A program made the position numbers and the translations under genes. A DNA stretch of 56,008 nucleotides, counting the filler, from Platydemus manokwari (Eukaryota), in the NCBI GenBank assembly GCA_037951405.1. It is 4 parts of 4 records of this genome, joined end to end, with 100 filler letters (N's around TTAATTAATTAA, not from the genome) between each part and the next. Parts side by side here need not be neighbours in the genome. Positions count along the whole stretch, not along the records: positions 1 to 21,274 come from JBBMOY011411422.1; positions 21,375 to 33,797 come from JBBMOY010142232.1; 2 more parts are not named here. One strand, given 5' to 3'. The notes beneath the pieces are model-generated. The model ran no database searches and was not told where the DNA came from. It worked only from the letters and a program-made list of their open reading frames with translations. This document shows, piece by piece, positions 12,682 through 25,860 of the stretch (its first letter is position 1; every line of letters starts with the position of its first letter).

Positions 12682-13977
12682 TCACGGTACACCGTATTTG
12701 TCGACAAATTCAACATGGCCAATTTGTTTTTCATGGGTCTCAGTGACTTCCGTTGTCGTTGTCATTCTCGTTTCCTTTATCGAGGCATCTCCATCAACAG
12801 CAGTCACAGTGAAATTAAAACCGCCAGATCGATGGATTCGGAATCGAAGAAACATTTCAAAGCTGTACACGACGGCGTTCAGAGCACAGAAAACCTGAAG
12901 AAACAATATTGGTATTATTATTGATTACATGTAACCATGGCAACACACATTTTGTCTGGTTGTTATTAGTGATAAGCAAGCATGTTTAAAACTGCTTATA
13001 AATACAGTAAAATCTAATGCTGTTCTATTTGTGTGCACAAATGAGAATATCTGGCCTCAATTCACAGAAATTTGAGCGATTTTTTGTTGAATTTTTCACC
13101 CAGTGATGTTTTATGAAAATTGAATTTGCTATCAATTTTATTTTTTAATAATGATTAAATATTTATTGGAGATATCGATTGGATAAAATATCAGCTAATA
13201 AATATTATTGATTATCGTGACGATCTTTACCCGATTACAAATATCGGGGGTATCAAAAGGGTTCTAATTGGTCATGAAAATGTATTTTGTAAAATTAACA
13301 ATTTTAATGACAGAATATTCTGGATCACTGGAAAGAAGCTCATTTATCGGACATTTTAATAAGAATAAGCATGATTCTTTTAGACAATTCTTCGATAAAA
13401 TTATAAACAGAAAATCAACTTCACAATTTCCCCCTTTATTAATATAATTATATTAAAATCTCATTTCGATTATTCTTGAATCTGTATAAAAATCGATTAG
13501 TTATCCAACTTACCGCAGCGGCGATCGTTCCACTTCCGTACTCGAACGAAACTGCCCCAATAATCATGGCGATAACCAGGAAAAATATTGACAACAGAAT
13601 CGATATGCATTCCTGAAAGTGGAAACCAAATCAATTCTAGCAATTTAACGTCACATTTTAGCTCATTTCGAAAAACAAAGAGGAAAACTTACGATCAAAA
13701 TCCATGGTCCCGGTAAACGATGAATGAATTGAAACAAATACAATATCAATAATATGAGAGTAAAAATAAACGTGATTGTGGCAGCGAAATTAATGTAGGC
13801 TCCATTGCTGACCAAACTGAAATATCTGGTAGCACCGACACAAATCCATATAATAATATCGATCACTAATTCGATTAATTTTAGAATTCCCGGTGGAGAT
13901 CTCAAAAAAGTCGAATTGAGAGAGCAGCTCGATGTTATTGGTCTTTGCTCAGTCGTGCTGGCTTGGTTGTAAGACAT
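12682..13977 (-). CDS. MARVEL-domain tetraspan membrane protein (plasmolipin/CMTM/MAL family), 198 aa
   Basis: Exons 13977-13693, 13612-13514 and 12894-12682, all phase 0 with GTAAGT donors. FLRSPPGILKLIEL signature, four hydrophobic segments, AAAVF...VY motif in TM4. Confidence 0.88.
12931..12944. promoter_or_regulatory. RFX X-box motif GTAACCATGGCAAC in intron 2 of the MARVEL gene
   Basis: Exact fit to GTNRCC(N0-3)RGYAAC. Function not demonstrated. Confidence 0.45.
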
Positions 13978-15232
13978 TTAAATTTAAATTTGGTCCTCTG
14001 ATATTGATTAGAACGAAATTGCGATTGGGTAAGTATCCAAATTTGTGTGTTGACAAGTTTATTAATTTATTAAAATAAAACGTTAAAACAAACGCTGATA
14101 ATAAAGCTAACATAGGAATCAGATACAAAACCGGGTCGAATTGAATTGAAATTGATTTTATAAAGCTTGATATTTTTGTAATAAAATTCAATGTTTGATG
14201 GTGAGGTTTAAAATTCTTTACAAATTAACAAGATTTAGAAAATTTGATTATTTATGAAATATATATCCATAGAATAGCTTACTTAACGGCTCTCCTATAA
14301 TTAAATTATTAAATTAACTCGAATGCTACCGATATTTATTAGGTTCTAATTTTCTTTATCTGTTGTGTTAGTTTTCTATGAAGAAGGTTTGCTAAATATC
14401 GGGGGAATCCGATGTTAAATGAGTCGGTTCGGTATAATTAAACAGGTAACTGACTTAAATTCTCAAATTTATTATTGTGGAATTTCAGATTTTCGAGAAA
14501 AATTATAAATCCAACTAAATGAAAAATCAATTACCTTTAGAAAAATTCGTTATTTTCGATAACAAATTTGATTCTAGCTTTGCTAAAATTTGCAAGAAAC
14601 GATGTGGAGAACTCTTCAAATATGAGGGTGCCCTATTCGTCCAAGATTTATCTCTTTTCAATAACTATTTTCGAGCCCGCGGGTTATGGTTACTGGTTTT
14701 CTGCTAGCATTAGAAATTAAAGATAAAAATTTGTAAGTGATGGCTTTCGTTTCAATGATGCGCCTCTATTACTTTATAAAATTATTTTGGGTAGTGATAG
14801 GATTCTTGTTATTGAGTTTTAAACAGGCTCTAATGGCTTTTAATAATGTTGGGATCATCCACACAGCTACGACGAGATGTACAAAAAACTGTTACTCCAT
14901 GTACACAGAGAATCCCACAAAACCAATATAAAAAAGTTCACAAGCAAATAAAGCATTTAATCAGCACTTACACGGTAAACCTCATCAGTTACACAACACA
15001 ACCATTAGCTATGGATATCGCAGAATAATGAATGAAGCGGAGAATAGACAATATCAACCCCTTTAATCTGCAAAGAAAATTTTTTTAACAATATTTAACA
15101 TCTAATTTTGTGAAACAACAATTAAACTTTTGTTGAGACAATAAATGTGCAATTATCATGTGTTGTTTTTATCGATAATATTTTATTCAATGGTATTTAA
15201 TGATTTATGATTTATTTTATTCTTATTGTTTC

Positions 15233-16010
15233 TGTAAAGGGGGATAAAGGAGATTGGTTTCGATAATAATAATATTAATCAAATTAAAAGTCCAAATAAT
15301 AAGAAAAATAGACCAGGTCTGGAGATCACACGTATAAAGCAAAAAACATATGCCAAAGATACAAGAATAAGGCATAGGAAAACATAAGCATTTCAAAAAA
15401 ATACATGAATACGGCAGATAGCCGTAAAATGAAGGGTATTTATATAGGGTATCCACAAACACCCAAACCACCCATTACAAACCACTACTAAATACAAGTT
15501 CTCAGCACAAGCTAAACTACTATTTCAAGAAGTCTTTTGAAATCCGAGTGTCATCATCATTGCAAGCCTCAGTTTCAGTTGTGAAGTAGGAATTCGAGAT
15601 AAAGTCAAATTTCGGAGAGGATATTAATTGATAAAAATAATTTGCATTTGATTACTGTTTTTTTTTTTAGTTGGACAATTTTCCATGATCACGATTGTAA
15701 TTATTAACTGAACCTTTAAAGATATTTAGCATTGAGAAATATCATAATGATAATCATTGATTTAATAAATAATAGTTGTTGTCGAAACTAATTGTCCTAT
15801 TTATTGCTCTTTACTTCGTCCGCTTCGGAACTGTCAACTAATCGCTTTCACGACGTGTTGACTACTGATAACAATTTTTTTGATCAATATTTTCAGCTTG
15901 TTTTACTTTTTGTTTCAGTAATAAAGATTTTGCGATAGATATTGTCTTCTGAGTATAATCCGATACGACTTCTGAATAGCCATCACTATAGTAATTATAA
16001 TTGAATAACA
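15233..16010 (+). mobile_element. Possible solo LTR relic
   Basis: Starts TGTAAAGGGGGATA, has internal short repeats, TATTTATATA at 15437 and AATAAA at 15920. No TSD found and the right boundary is approximate. Confidence 0.25.
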
Positions 16011-19000
16011 TATTTTTAACTTCAGAACAATCTATACTCAGTCATTTCATAATTTCAACATATAAACCTAACAGTCAAAATCAATACCTTTAGCTTTCAC
16101 AACCTTTAGATAACTTCAGTCGTAAATATTTTTCCAATAGCGTGGTTCTCATATCAGTTATGAGGCCCCTTAGGAATCAGTAGCAAGTTAAAGCTGTATA
16201 TATCTATAATGGCACTATTATTGGAAGTGTAAACTGAAAATGATAATGGTAATTATCTTATTATTGATGAATTATTTATGCTTATGACTGATTACTGCTA
16301 CAAAACCTGCAAGTAATATGAATTGAGCAATATTTATAACTCGAACTACTTCTATCAAATATCAGAACTCAACATGTTGTAAATACTTTAACGGAAACAC
16401 AAAAGCCACAAAGCAAGTCTTTGCAAAATAGTCAACTTTGCCTAAACGACGGAGAAGATCCAGAACGATTGATTACGTAATCATTATATAATAGCTAAAT
16501 ATTACTGAATGCCATCTTTGAAATAATGAGATGATGTTTTAAAGAAAATCCGTTAAAAATGCAACAAATCTGACTACTTCCAATATTATCGCAGAAATTG
16601 TAACTCAAATCAATAGGTTGATTCTTTCCCATAAATTCTTGTTAAGAATAATCTTATCGATTGTTTTATTTGTGTGTGTGTCAGGTCATTTATGGTTTTT
16701 TCTGTTTTTTCCCCGAAATTAAGCGTCACTTTACTGTTCCGTTTTATTAGTTGTTAAGTTCAGAGGGATTTGCCTAGTAAAAGTAAAATAATATTAATAT
16801 TTACATTATGTCTGATTTCGAAGGTGAAGTATCAAAAACAATGACAATATAAATGAAAATATATTATTGTAAGATTTATCGATGTACAAGTAATAATCAG
16901 CCAATGATTAAATGTCAAATAATAGAACTAATAACTATTATTACGTGCCAATTAACCAGGCTTTTATTAATGTTTCAATTAGCAGATATTGCTTTGTATT
17001 CAAATTTCAATAGATCATTGTGCGTAGAGCTGCAAGGTCCTTGAATTCCAGTTTACAATAGTTGGGACTTACGAAGTCCGTCAACCATGAAGTGAGGAAA
17101 ATCTGAGTTTACATTAGATTTTTAGTTGATTTAAATGATGAGTGACTGAACGAGATCAAAGTCACTATTAATTAAAATGTTCCTTAAAATAAGTATCGTA
17201 AGTAATTCCTCTTTCTCTCGTGTGATTTTAATCGATCGCTTTTATAATCTTGACTTTATTGACACGATGGTGTTGACAGATAATTTTCCCTTGGAATAAT
17301 AATTCTCGATTGTCTACGTAAAGTAATCAGTTAGAGATTGAATTCTTTAAAAATGATGACCGCGGACTTTTATTGTAAACTTTGGTTTAGAATAATTGTG
17401 GGTGTTTTACTCACTAATTTATTTTCTTTTATAGTGATCCTTTTCTTCTTTTTTAACAAATTATCTTTCTTATTATTTTTATATTTTATTTATTCTATTT
17501 ATAGGTTCTCAAACTAATTTTGTTCAAATTTTAGTAACTTCTAATTATATTTTCTATTATTGGCATTTATAAATTTTATTTATATCATTTCTATATTTAG
17601 ATAACTTTGGTGTCTGGTTTTCGTAAAATTATTTTTATAAATTATTTATTTTGGGAGATTGAGTACCCAGCATCGCCATAATTATACCAGAACAAATCTA
17701 AATGATTAATACAATTTCTGAGCCATATTTCAAGCTTACGGTCACTTGAAATACTATTAAGGAAATAGTTTTATCTATGGCTATTAAAAAAACAAATATA
17801 CCTGGTTATTAAATTTTTCCTTCAAAAATATAGGCAAGTTTTCAAAAGCTTCTGTTGGGAAACTCTATGTGAAAGATAAAATACAAAAATCATCTTCAGA
17901 GATCAACATTAAGTTACAAGAAAATCACTCACTCACATTCCGTTTTGCTGAACAATGTAATTATATTAAACAGGAATAATTTGATGTATGTAAACATTAT
18001 TAGAAGGATTTGTATTGAATGATGAGGACTCAGATAAGTAAAGGCTTTGAAACAAGGTCGAAGCAGCTTCATTATGTCATTTCTGGAACAAATAGTTATG
18101 AACCTTCGTGCATCGATTAACTTTAAGTTTCTTCGAAAGATATTTTTATTTTTTTAGTATTTCATATCAGGAACCCAGGTGGCTTATGCAACCATCTGAT
18201 AGCGTGCCTTCAGAACAAAATGATTACCACTAATTGAAGCTTTCCGTCGTATTTTCAAATTTCCGTTTTCCTTGTCATCATAATTCTCCGAGTCAAACGA
18301 AAATCTATGCATAATTTTGCTATTTCACACTCTCTATTGAGAGAAGACTTTGGAAATTAAAAATCCGTTAATATGTGTTCTTTCTAACATATTGAAAGCC
18401 GCCCATAGGACGAATCCATTTCGATGGATTAAATCTATAAATTCAGTTTTGAAAAATGTGTTTTGAGATCTGGTGATCAAGGATTGAAAAGAAAATGATT
18501 GCTGGAAATATCAATAAAAATCTATTGAAACTGATGAGTCCAAGTCAAATCAAATTCTCACCATGTAACCAAGTCAACGCTTCATTAGAATTTGTAGAAA
18601 AAATTTAAAGAAAAATCCTTTTTTGCTTTCAGACTTTCATTACTAGTTCCAGTCAATATGTTTCCATTTCGAACCTGAAATTATCGACTCTATAACAACA
18701 AGATATCTTCTCTATATAAAGCTTTCTTTTTATTTTTCTCGTGATCCAATTCGAATGGGACGTTGATATAACTTTGATTTTAGAAATAAATATTATCCAT
18801 CTTTACTGTGAATACGTTTGACAAGGAAGCACGGGGAGTAGGAATTGTGTGAACAGAACAAATGTTCAAGCCATATTGTAACGAAATTGATAACTCTTAT
18901 TTAGTATTCTTGCGATTTAATGTGAAATCTTCACTTAATTTATTATTGTGAATATTTTAGGTGTAATAAGATTAACAGGCTTGATGCATTTCTAGTGTCT

Positions 19001-20212
19001 ATGTTAGTTCCATTAGCTGTCGTGCTCAAACGAATTAGTAATGTGCTGAGTAAATTCCTATTCAACCTTGTCACGAAATATAATAGAACAGAAAGAAAAC
19101 CAGCGGGATATCAATAAAGTGAACGAGAAAGATGTTAATTGTCGGATAATTCAAAAATTTTCAAAAAACTATTAAAAAATATTTTGATGTGAATGATGAA
19201 AAATTATGAGAAATTCGTATTTTGGCGAACTAGTTTAAATCAATAAAAATGGTCTTGGAAGAATTGCAGCTAAACTTTCAGAATTAAAATCGGTGTTAGA
19301 AATTCTTGAGTTGAATACAGAATTATTTTAAAAATTATGATTACAGGTACTTTGTTAGGGAACTCTGATTTCTCTTTTTATCATTGAAGTGGTCAATTAA
19401 GTGAAATTGGTAAACCACAAAGCCTTGAAGGCACTGTAAAAATATTGATAATAAACTAATGGAATTACATGAAATAATGAGATGTTGTCTTGAAAAACTC
19501 TTTGGATTGAACACTGTTGTCAAAATGTAAACCAAACCTAAATCGTGGAAGAATCATAACTCCGATATCCCACCAGCACTGAAAATATGGGTAATAATCT
19601 ATATTTAACATTAAAATAATAACGTAAAAATGTTTTGAATACTGAAAGGCCTTATTGTCTCGAAATTGGATAAAAGGTAAACGATCTCCAGTTGTTTATC
19701 ATACAAATTTAGACAGGAAATCTTTCGAGATTATTTCATAAAAATCCAACACAAATTATCACAGAAAACCGGTGTTCGGATTTCAGAATCGATAATTGGG
19801 TTATAAATCGAATCAGAAGCTCAGCACCAATCAACAAAAGTAAATTAAAAATCAATCTTCGCGTGATGATCAATAGCTTCCATTGTTCTGAAAACGCCCA
19901 TCAAATCAATCTATAATCAACACAATCGCGATTCAATGAATTCCTCCAGTAAATTTATTTTGTTGTCTGTCAGACAAATTATCAACCATAGTTCTGCGTT
20001 GATCCTGTTAATAAAATAAGGTTCAACTTTCTCTTAAAACCTTCTCCTCACATTTTAATAAAAGATACGTGATGCTCGGGAGTTGAGCAATAACAGTGGT
20101 TGAGGTTGTAAGTAACACAACATGCCGTAAATTCCTGTATAATTGAGAATCATGACTAACAATATATTTGCCTCATCTACTGTGTTATTGTGTTATTTTA
20201 AAATTTATCATA

Positions 20213-21274
20213 CAGTCCGGCTAAAATTTTTAGACGCACCTTAAAAATCATTTAAAATTGCCAAAAACATTAATTTTTATGAAAATTTTTAAATTATATT
20301 CATTCAGATATGCATTATAAAAAATATTAATTAACGAATATAAATGTAATAGTCGAAATTATTGCTAAAATTAAAAAAATTAAGATAACGGCCGACCAAC
20401 ATTTTTAGACGCACTTAAAAACTTTATGAAAAATATTTTATTAAGATAAGTTTATACAACTATAAAACGATTTAATAGTTTATTACACCTCCTTTAGAAC
20501 ACCCCACTTTAAAAATTCGCTTTGGCATTGACATGGCAAGATTTTCGAGTAGTGTTTTAGGGATTCTGTTCCAACTGCTCAAAATGGACATTTTTAGTTC
20601 TTCTACGCTATTATATTGGATGCCATTTGAATATACCATTCTAGTCAAGTATCCCCAGAGGTTTTCTATCGGAGATAAATCAGGCGATAGAGAAGGCCAC
20701 GGTAAAACCTCTATATTTCTCTCTACAAGCCATTGAATAGATGTTCGTGCAGTATGAGGCTTCGCTCCATCTTGCTGAAATATTGAATTATCACCACCAA
20801 ACTCATTTTTAAATGGCAGAAGATAATTCTCCAACACATTTTGATATGAGTATTGGTTCATTCTTTGCTTAACAAAGGCTAATGTAGACTTACCATGATA
20901 ACTAAAACAGGCCCATATCATTACCGATCCTCCTCCAGAGTGTCTCTTTGAAAGAATCAGTTCATCTTTCCTTAAATCATGCCAGTAGTATGCAAAACCA
21001 TCTGGCCCATCGAGATTAAATCTTTTCTCATCACTCCAGATTATTCTTTTCCATTCCTCGATATAAGAAGCTCTTTCTTCTGCCCATTTCAGCCTTCTTT
21101 CCTTATGTACAGAAGTGAGAACCGGTTTTCTCTTCATTTTGCATAATTTAGTATGTTGGTTCTCATTTAATACAGTTCTTATTGTTTCTTTACACACTTT
21201 TAAATTTAAATGGCTCTTAATCTGTGCCAAACTAATAGACTTTTGGCTCGCTTCTTTAATGATTCTTCTTCTTA
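20213..21274 (-). mobile_element. Tc1/Tc3-family DNA transposon, truncated by assembly gap
   Basis: TA at 20211-20212 followed by TIR CAGTCCGGCTAAAATTTTTAGACGCACC. Direct repeat ATTTTTAGACGCAC at 20226-20239 and 20401-20414 (IR/DR architecture). Contains a transposase ORF. Confidence 0.9.
20472..21274 (-). CDS. Tc3-like DD34E transposase (5' end in gap)
   Basis: WSDEKRFNLDGPDG, FQQDGAKPH and SPDLSPIENLW motifs, with 34 residues between the second D and E. The frame stays open up to the gap at 21275. Confidence 0.95.
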
Positions 21275-21374
21275 NNNNNNNNNNNNNNNNNNNNNNNNNN
21301 NNNNNNNNNNNNNNNNNNTTAATTAATTAANNNNNNNNNNNNNNNNNNNNNNNNNNNNNNNNNNNNNNNNNNNN
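21275..21374. other. Assembly gap with stop-codon linker (N44-TTAATTAATTAA-N44)
   Basis: The identical 100-bp construct occurs three times in the window. Confidence 0.97.
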
Positions 21375-21970
21375 CTTGTTATTATTATTATTATTCATAT
21401 TATATAGGACATTATATATAATATATTATCAAAGGCGAAAACAACGATTTCCAATAAAGAAAATTTGCATTGATAAAATAAATATTATCGAATAACATCT
21501 TGTCCTTGAGACTGTTGTGATGAATGTCTAACAAAATCAATTAATTTAATAATTTGCCAGGTCGACGAAAAGAAATTTGATAAATAAAATCAAACCATTG
21601 ATTGATGGCATCATATTTCAGCAACAAATCAAAAGATATTTCACAAGATATTTCCACTAAAAATAAATCACCTGAAACAACAAATCTATTAAATTATAAC
21701 TTGATAAATGGCACAATAACATCGTTTGAAACGAATGGAAAATTTGCTATTTACATTTCAAAGTAACATATCCACACTCTTATCGAACAAACAGATATCA
21801 TCATTATTATTATCATCATTATAATAATGATTATTATCATCATCCATATTTAATGATAAATATTTTAGAGAGAAAAACCACGATATCATAAAAGTAAACA
21901 GCACGTAATTGAGATGAGATAAACAATCTTCAATGATGTATACTAATTAATATACTAATTAATGTTGCGT

Positions 21971-24900
21971 TTAAACTCTATTATTCATGTGCTTATATCG
22001 CCGACGATACCTACGTTGGCCTTTCCATTTTGCGCAGAGCCCTTGATGTTCTTTGTTTGCAAATTTTTTCATTCGCCTTTCCCATGTTTTTTGCCATGGC
22101 AGTGCGACACTTTTTTGATCCAACAATAATTCGGATCGCTCTAAATATTTATAGGTATGCAATTTCAGTACCACCAGATACGTCAGACCCAACAACAACG
22201 ATGGACATCCACATTTGATGTCGGTTTCTTTAATCCACAATGGAAAAGTCGAATGGTTATATTGATTGATGATTATTGCATTTATTGAAGCCAGAAAATC
22301 AGGATGTAGCTGAGAGAATTTGGCCGTATCAATCCGATAGACGTAATTTACTTTCATTTCGAATCGAACCATCTCACCATGCTGCTCTCTGGATTGCATC
22401 GTCACCAGCAATACTTAAATTTTATTATCAATATTTATTGTTATTAATTTAAAATGAACTTAAAATTGTTCAGTTATTTATCTACTGATTACAGTAAGTA
22501 GCAATCAAAGCAATTTTATATTTAAATTCATTTAGAAATTCAAACGATCGAGATCAAAGAAAATAATTATTTAAAAGGTTTTTTTTTATAATAATCTAAA
22601 CAAAATCTATTTTCAGTGATTTTCACATCTTATTGTAGCAATTTTTCCAGAGAATATTTTTACAAAATGTATTTGACAATTCAAAATAATTTATTACTTC
22701 CAATATGATCGATTTGATTTCATCGTTGCCAACGCCAAGTTTCAGTAAAGAATTTTATAAGATGATTTGTAAAATCCACAAGTTTTGGAACTCGCCAATC
22801 AGTGGACTTTGCTTTGATATGGAAAGGAATGTGCTACGTCAAAACAAAATTTCATTGCAAACAGTTTCTGACAAATAACTGGTAAAAGTGTTGGATAAAG
22901 TGTGAAATAACCATCGGTTGCTATGTTGTTCAAATGATTTCATTCGATACTGATGAGCAGAAACAACTGCGGAAATTGGTCAATCGTTGGAATGCCAGCT
23001 ATCAAATTTAATAGGACAAACCTCGTAACCACTACAGCACGATATCGATCATTATATTATTTGATATCGAAAATTACCAGTCATCACACTTGACGGAAAT
23101 AACGAGAAATAATTTGTACTTTTTGTGATAGTAGAACTAAAGAAGCATTAGAGAATGCGGTTTAATGTGAAAGTAAAACAAAAACAAAGATATTATAATT
23201 TTATGAGGCATGGAAAATGAACTGAACTTGGGAATTAGGATGGTGTGCAAATCAAATAATTGATTATTCCAGTATTTAGTTTTATAGTCATTTCTACTCA
23301 TTAGTTTTGGATAGATTCATAAATCCAAATTTGTAACAAATTACATTTTAAAATAACTAAATTTATCCATAAATCAATATATTTAATTATACTGAATCAA
23401 ATAAAAAATTACATCATATAAATTAAAATATTAACTAATGTTATGAATTTCTAATTGATAAAATAAAACAAACCTGCATCTTTTCGACAATATTTCTTGA
23501 AACGAATTCGTTTTCTTTTATTATTACAATGTTGACATTTATTTTCTAAATTTAATAATAATAATAAATCATAATAATTTAAAAAGTTATAAAAAAATAA
23601 TAGATAATAGTACAGAAAATAAGATAATAATAAATAATTCAAGGAATAAATAGAAAATTTAAAAAAATGAAAAATCCAGTGAATATGTGAAGAATTTCCC
23701 CAATTTTAAAGGCTCGAGAAGAGTCTCTCAACTAATATGTTTCCCAGACGTACTTGAACAGCGTGATAGTAGTACCACTTATTGGTAATGGTTTTCTCAG
23801 AATAGTCGGAATAAAATTTTCCTCCAATTCAATCTACTCAAGGCAAAATCATCAACCTCATTCTCTACAAGTGGTATCTTAATGTAATTACTACTTAGAG
23901 CAATTTTGGTTTAGATTTCGGTTTCGATGAAAATATCTCTCGAGATTTTTTCAGGTTTTTGAAAAATTACTATTAATATTCAAGCTTGTAATCATTAGTA
24001 AATCATGAGCTCCTTGCTGTTTTGCTACAATAATTCCTGGTCGACGTTTTTTCCAAAGAAATTTCCATTGATAGTCTGGAGTTGTTTTTATGTAGAAACT
24101 ATTCTGTTCTTTAGACATTGTTTAACAAGAATGATTTATATTTTCTAATCAACTGTTGATGATTTAAACTGATATGTTAAAAACGCTTAAATCGTTTACC
24201 GGACGTGTCGGCCAATTAAATGGACATAAAAATAGTATGATTTGAAAGACGTTATTTTTCACGAGACAGGATGTCATTTGTGGATTGAAATGTTGCGCGA
24301 AAATTATTTTGAAGACGAATAATTGCATCGTGATATCTCGTTTGTTACTGATTTATTGAGATGTGGAGATGTTTTTTAAGTACGGAAATTTGTTGTACCA
24401 TATGATTGACGTAATTCTGATATGACGAAATTTTAGGTTTACTTTGTAGAGACACGGTATTTTTGTACTTATATTTGTGAATTTATGATAACCATTTATC
24501 ATTCAATGGTTTCATTTTTAGTTACTATCAATACGAAATAAATGATGGCCCTCTAACAAATAAAAATCAAGATATAAGACAATATTAGAGCGGTTTCAAT
24601 ATCAGTGAGAGATTACATGTAATAATGTGAAGCTTTTTGGTACAGATGGTTACAGCTTATGTTAGCGCATTATGTCGAATAATATTGCTTGAGAAAATTT
24701 GTAAAAAAATAAAAAATATAAATTTTAAAACAAGATAATTCAAAAAAGACAAATAAACGAATTCTGGAGAATACTGAAATAAGAATGATAAAGATTGCGT
24801 TAAGGGCTGTAACATCTACACCATCAATTCAGAAAGAAAGGAATTATTTATGTCTGTATGTATAAGATTAAATCTTATTAAAATCACTTAAGTATATTGA

Positions 24901-25271
24901 AGCTATTTTATATTCGAGATAAAACAAAGATTCCTTAATCACATCGGTTGGATGTGGTTCTTACAACTCATACTCAATACCAAACCAAATAAACCCAAAT
25001 TAAAACAAAACCATATCTCAAAATATCACCTGGAGCTTGAGCCATTGGAATTTTGTGAAGATCGTATGCTTAAACAAATACAATAAGAAAATATTATTTA
25101 TTTGACTTTATCTACTTTCTATGCATGGCTGAATAGGAGATCGAGTTTGTTGGAAACCTTTCTGACAACGATTGCATGACAAGCCAGTTACGCCACGTTT
25201 GCAATAACATTGGCTATTTCTTTGATCGCATTTATCGGGAAATGTTGATCCAATCGGATGGCATCTGCATT
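21971..25271 (-). CDS. netrin: Netrin (partial: third laminin-EGF repeat + C345C/NTR domain)
   Basis: Phase-1 exons 25271-25116 (CRCHPIG...[30 protein letters not shown]), 25068-25030, 23545-23474 ([11 protein letters not shown]) and 22413-21971 (CGCPSL...WERRMKKF...C). Upstream exons were not found in this contig. Confidence 0.92.
22941..22994 (+). ncRNA. Degenerate minimal type I hammerhead ribozyme (Penelope-like element style)
   Basis: CTGATGA (22950-22956), stem II GCAG/CTGC with AAACAA loop, an extra G, GAAA, TTG, then GTC. Flanks CGAT/ATCG and CATTC/GAATG can pair as stem I. Deviates from the canonical core. Confidence 0.45.
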
Positions 25272-25328
25272 CTTGATATAAATGTGTGATTAATAAAAGA
25301 AAAATTTAATAGTGATTATATTTATATA

Positions 25329-25860
25329 TACCGTCTCTAAAACTAAAATAAAACAACAAAACACAATATAATTTATACTCATATTTATACTCATTGATAT
25401 TAATTATTATTCACTGATTTATGTGCTTTATTTCTTATTTCTTATTAATCAGTTCCATTATTACAATATGGCGGAAGCAGTTCCAAAGGAATGGCCACCA
25501 AAATCTCCAAACCTCATGGTATTGGACTTTTCGGTATGGAGCTATATTAAAGATCGGGTTTATGCAATTCATAGCAATTAAACAACGCTCAACAAACTTG
25601 AAGAAGCAATTTCATACGAATTAATAAACACCAATCAAGAATTCGTCAGTAAATGTTATTCAAGCTTCAGGAAACGATGCAATCTCTGTTTGGAGCAAGA
25701 TGGTGAATATTTTGAGCAGTTTCTATGAAATTGCTTATTATTTATAGTTATTTGTTCATACTGTTATTTTGTTTTGCTGTGCATTAAAGTAACTCAATAC
25801 ATTTAGTTTGTTCTTACTGTTGTTCTATTTTAAAGACGGGGATTGATGAATCGCACGGTA
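25329..25860 (+). mobile_element. Internally deleted Tc1/mariner-superfamily element
   Basis: Transposase C-terminus EWPPKSPNLMVLDFSVWSYIKDRVY...*...RKRCNLCLEQDGEYFEQFL* (~25490-25728). Inverted ends CCGTCTCTAAAA / TTTTAAAGACGG, flanked by TA. Confidence 0.8.

Noticed and set aside
18531-18541. CTGATGAGTCC hammerhead-like start (also CTGATGAG at ~32030)
   Set aside because: No downstream stem II partner plus GAAA core.
21319-21330. TTAATTAATTAA palindrome (also at 33842 and 43737)
   Set aside because: Artificial six-frame-stop linker inside 100-bp gaps.
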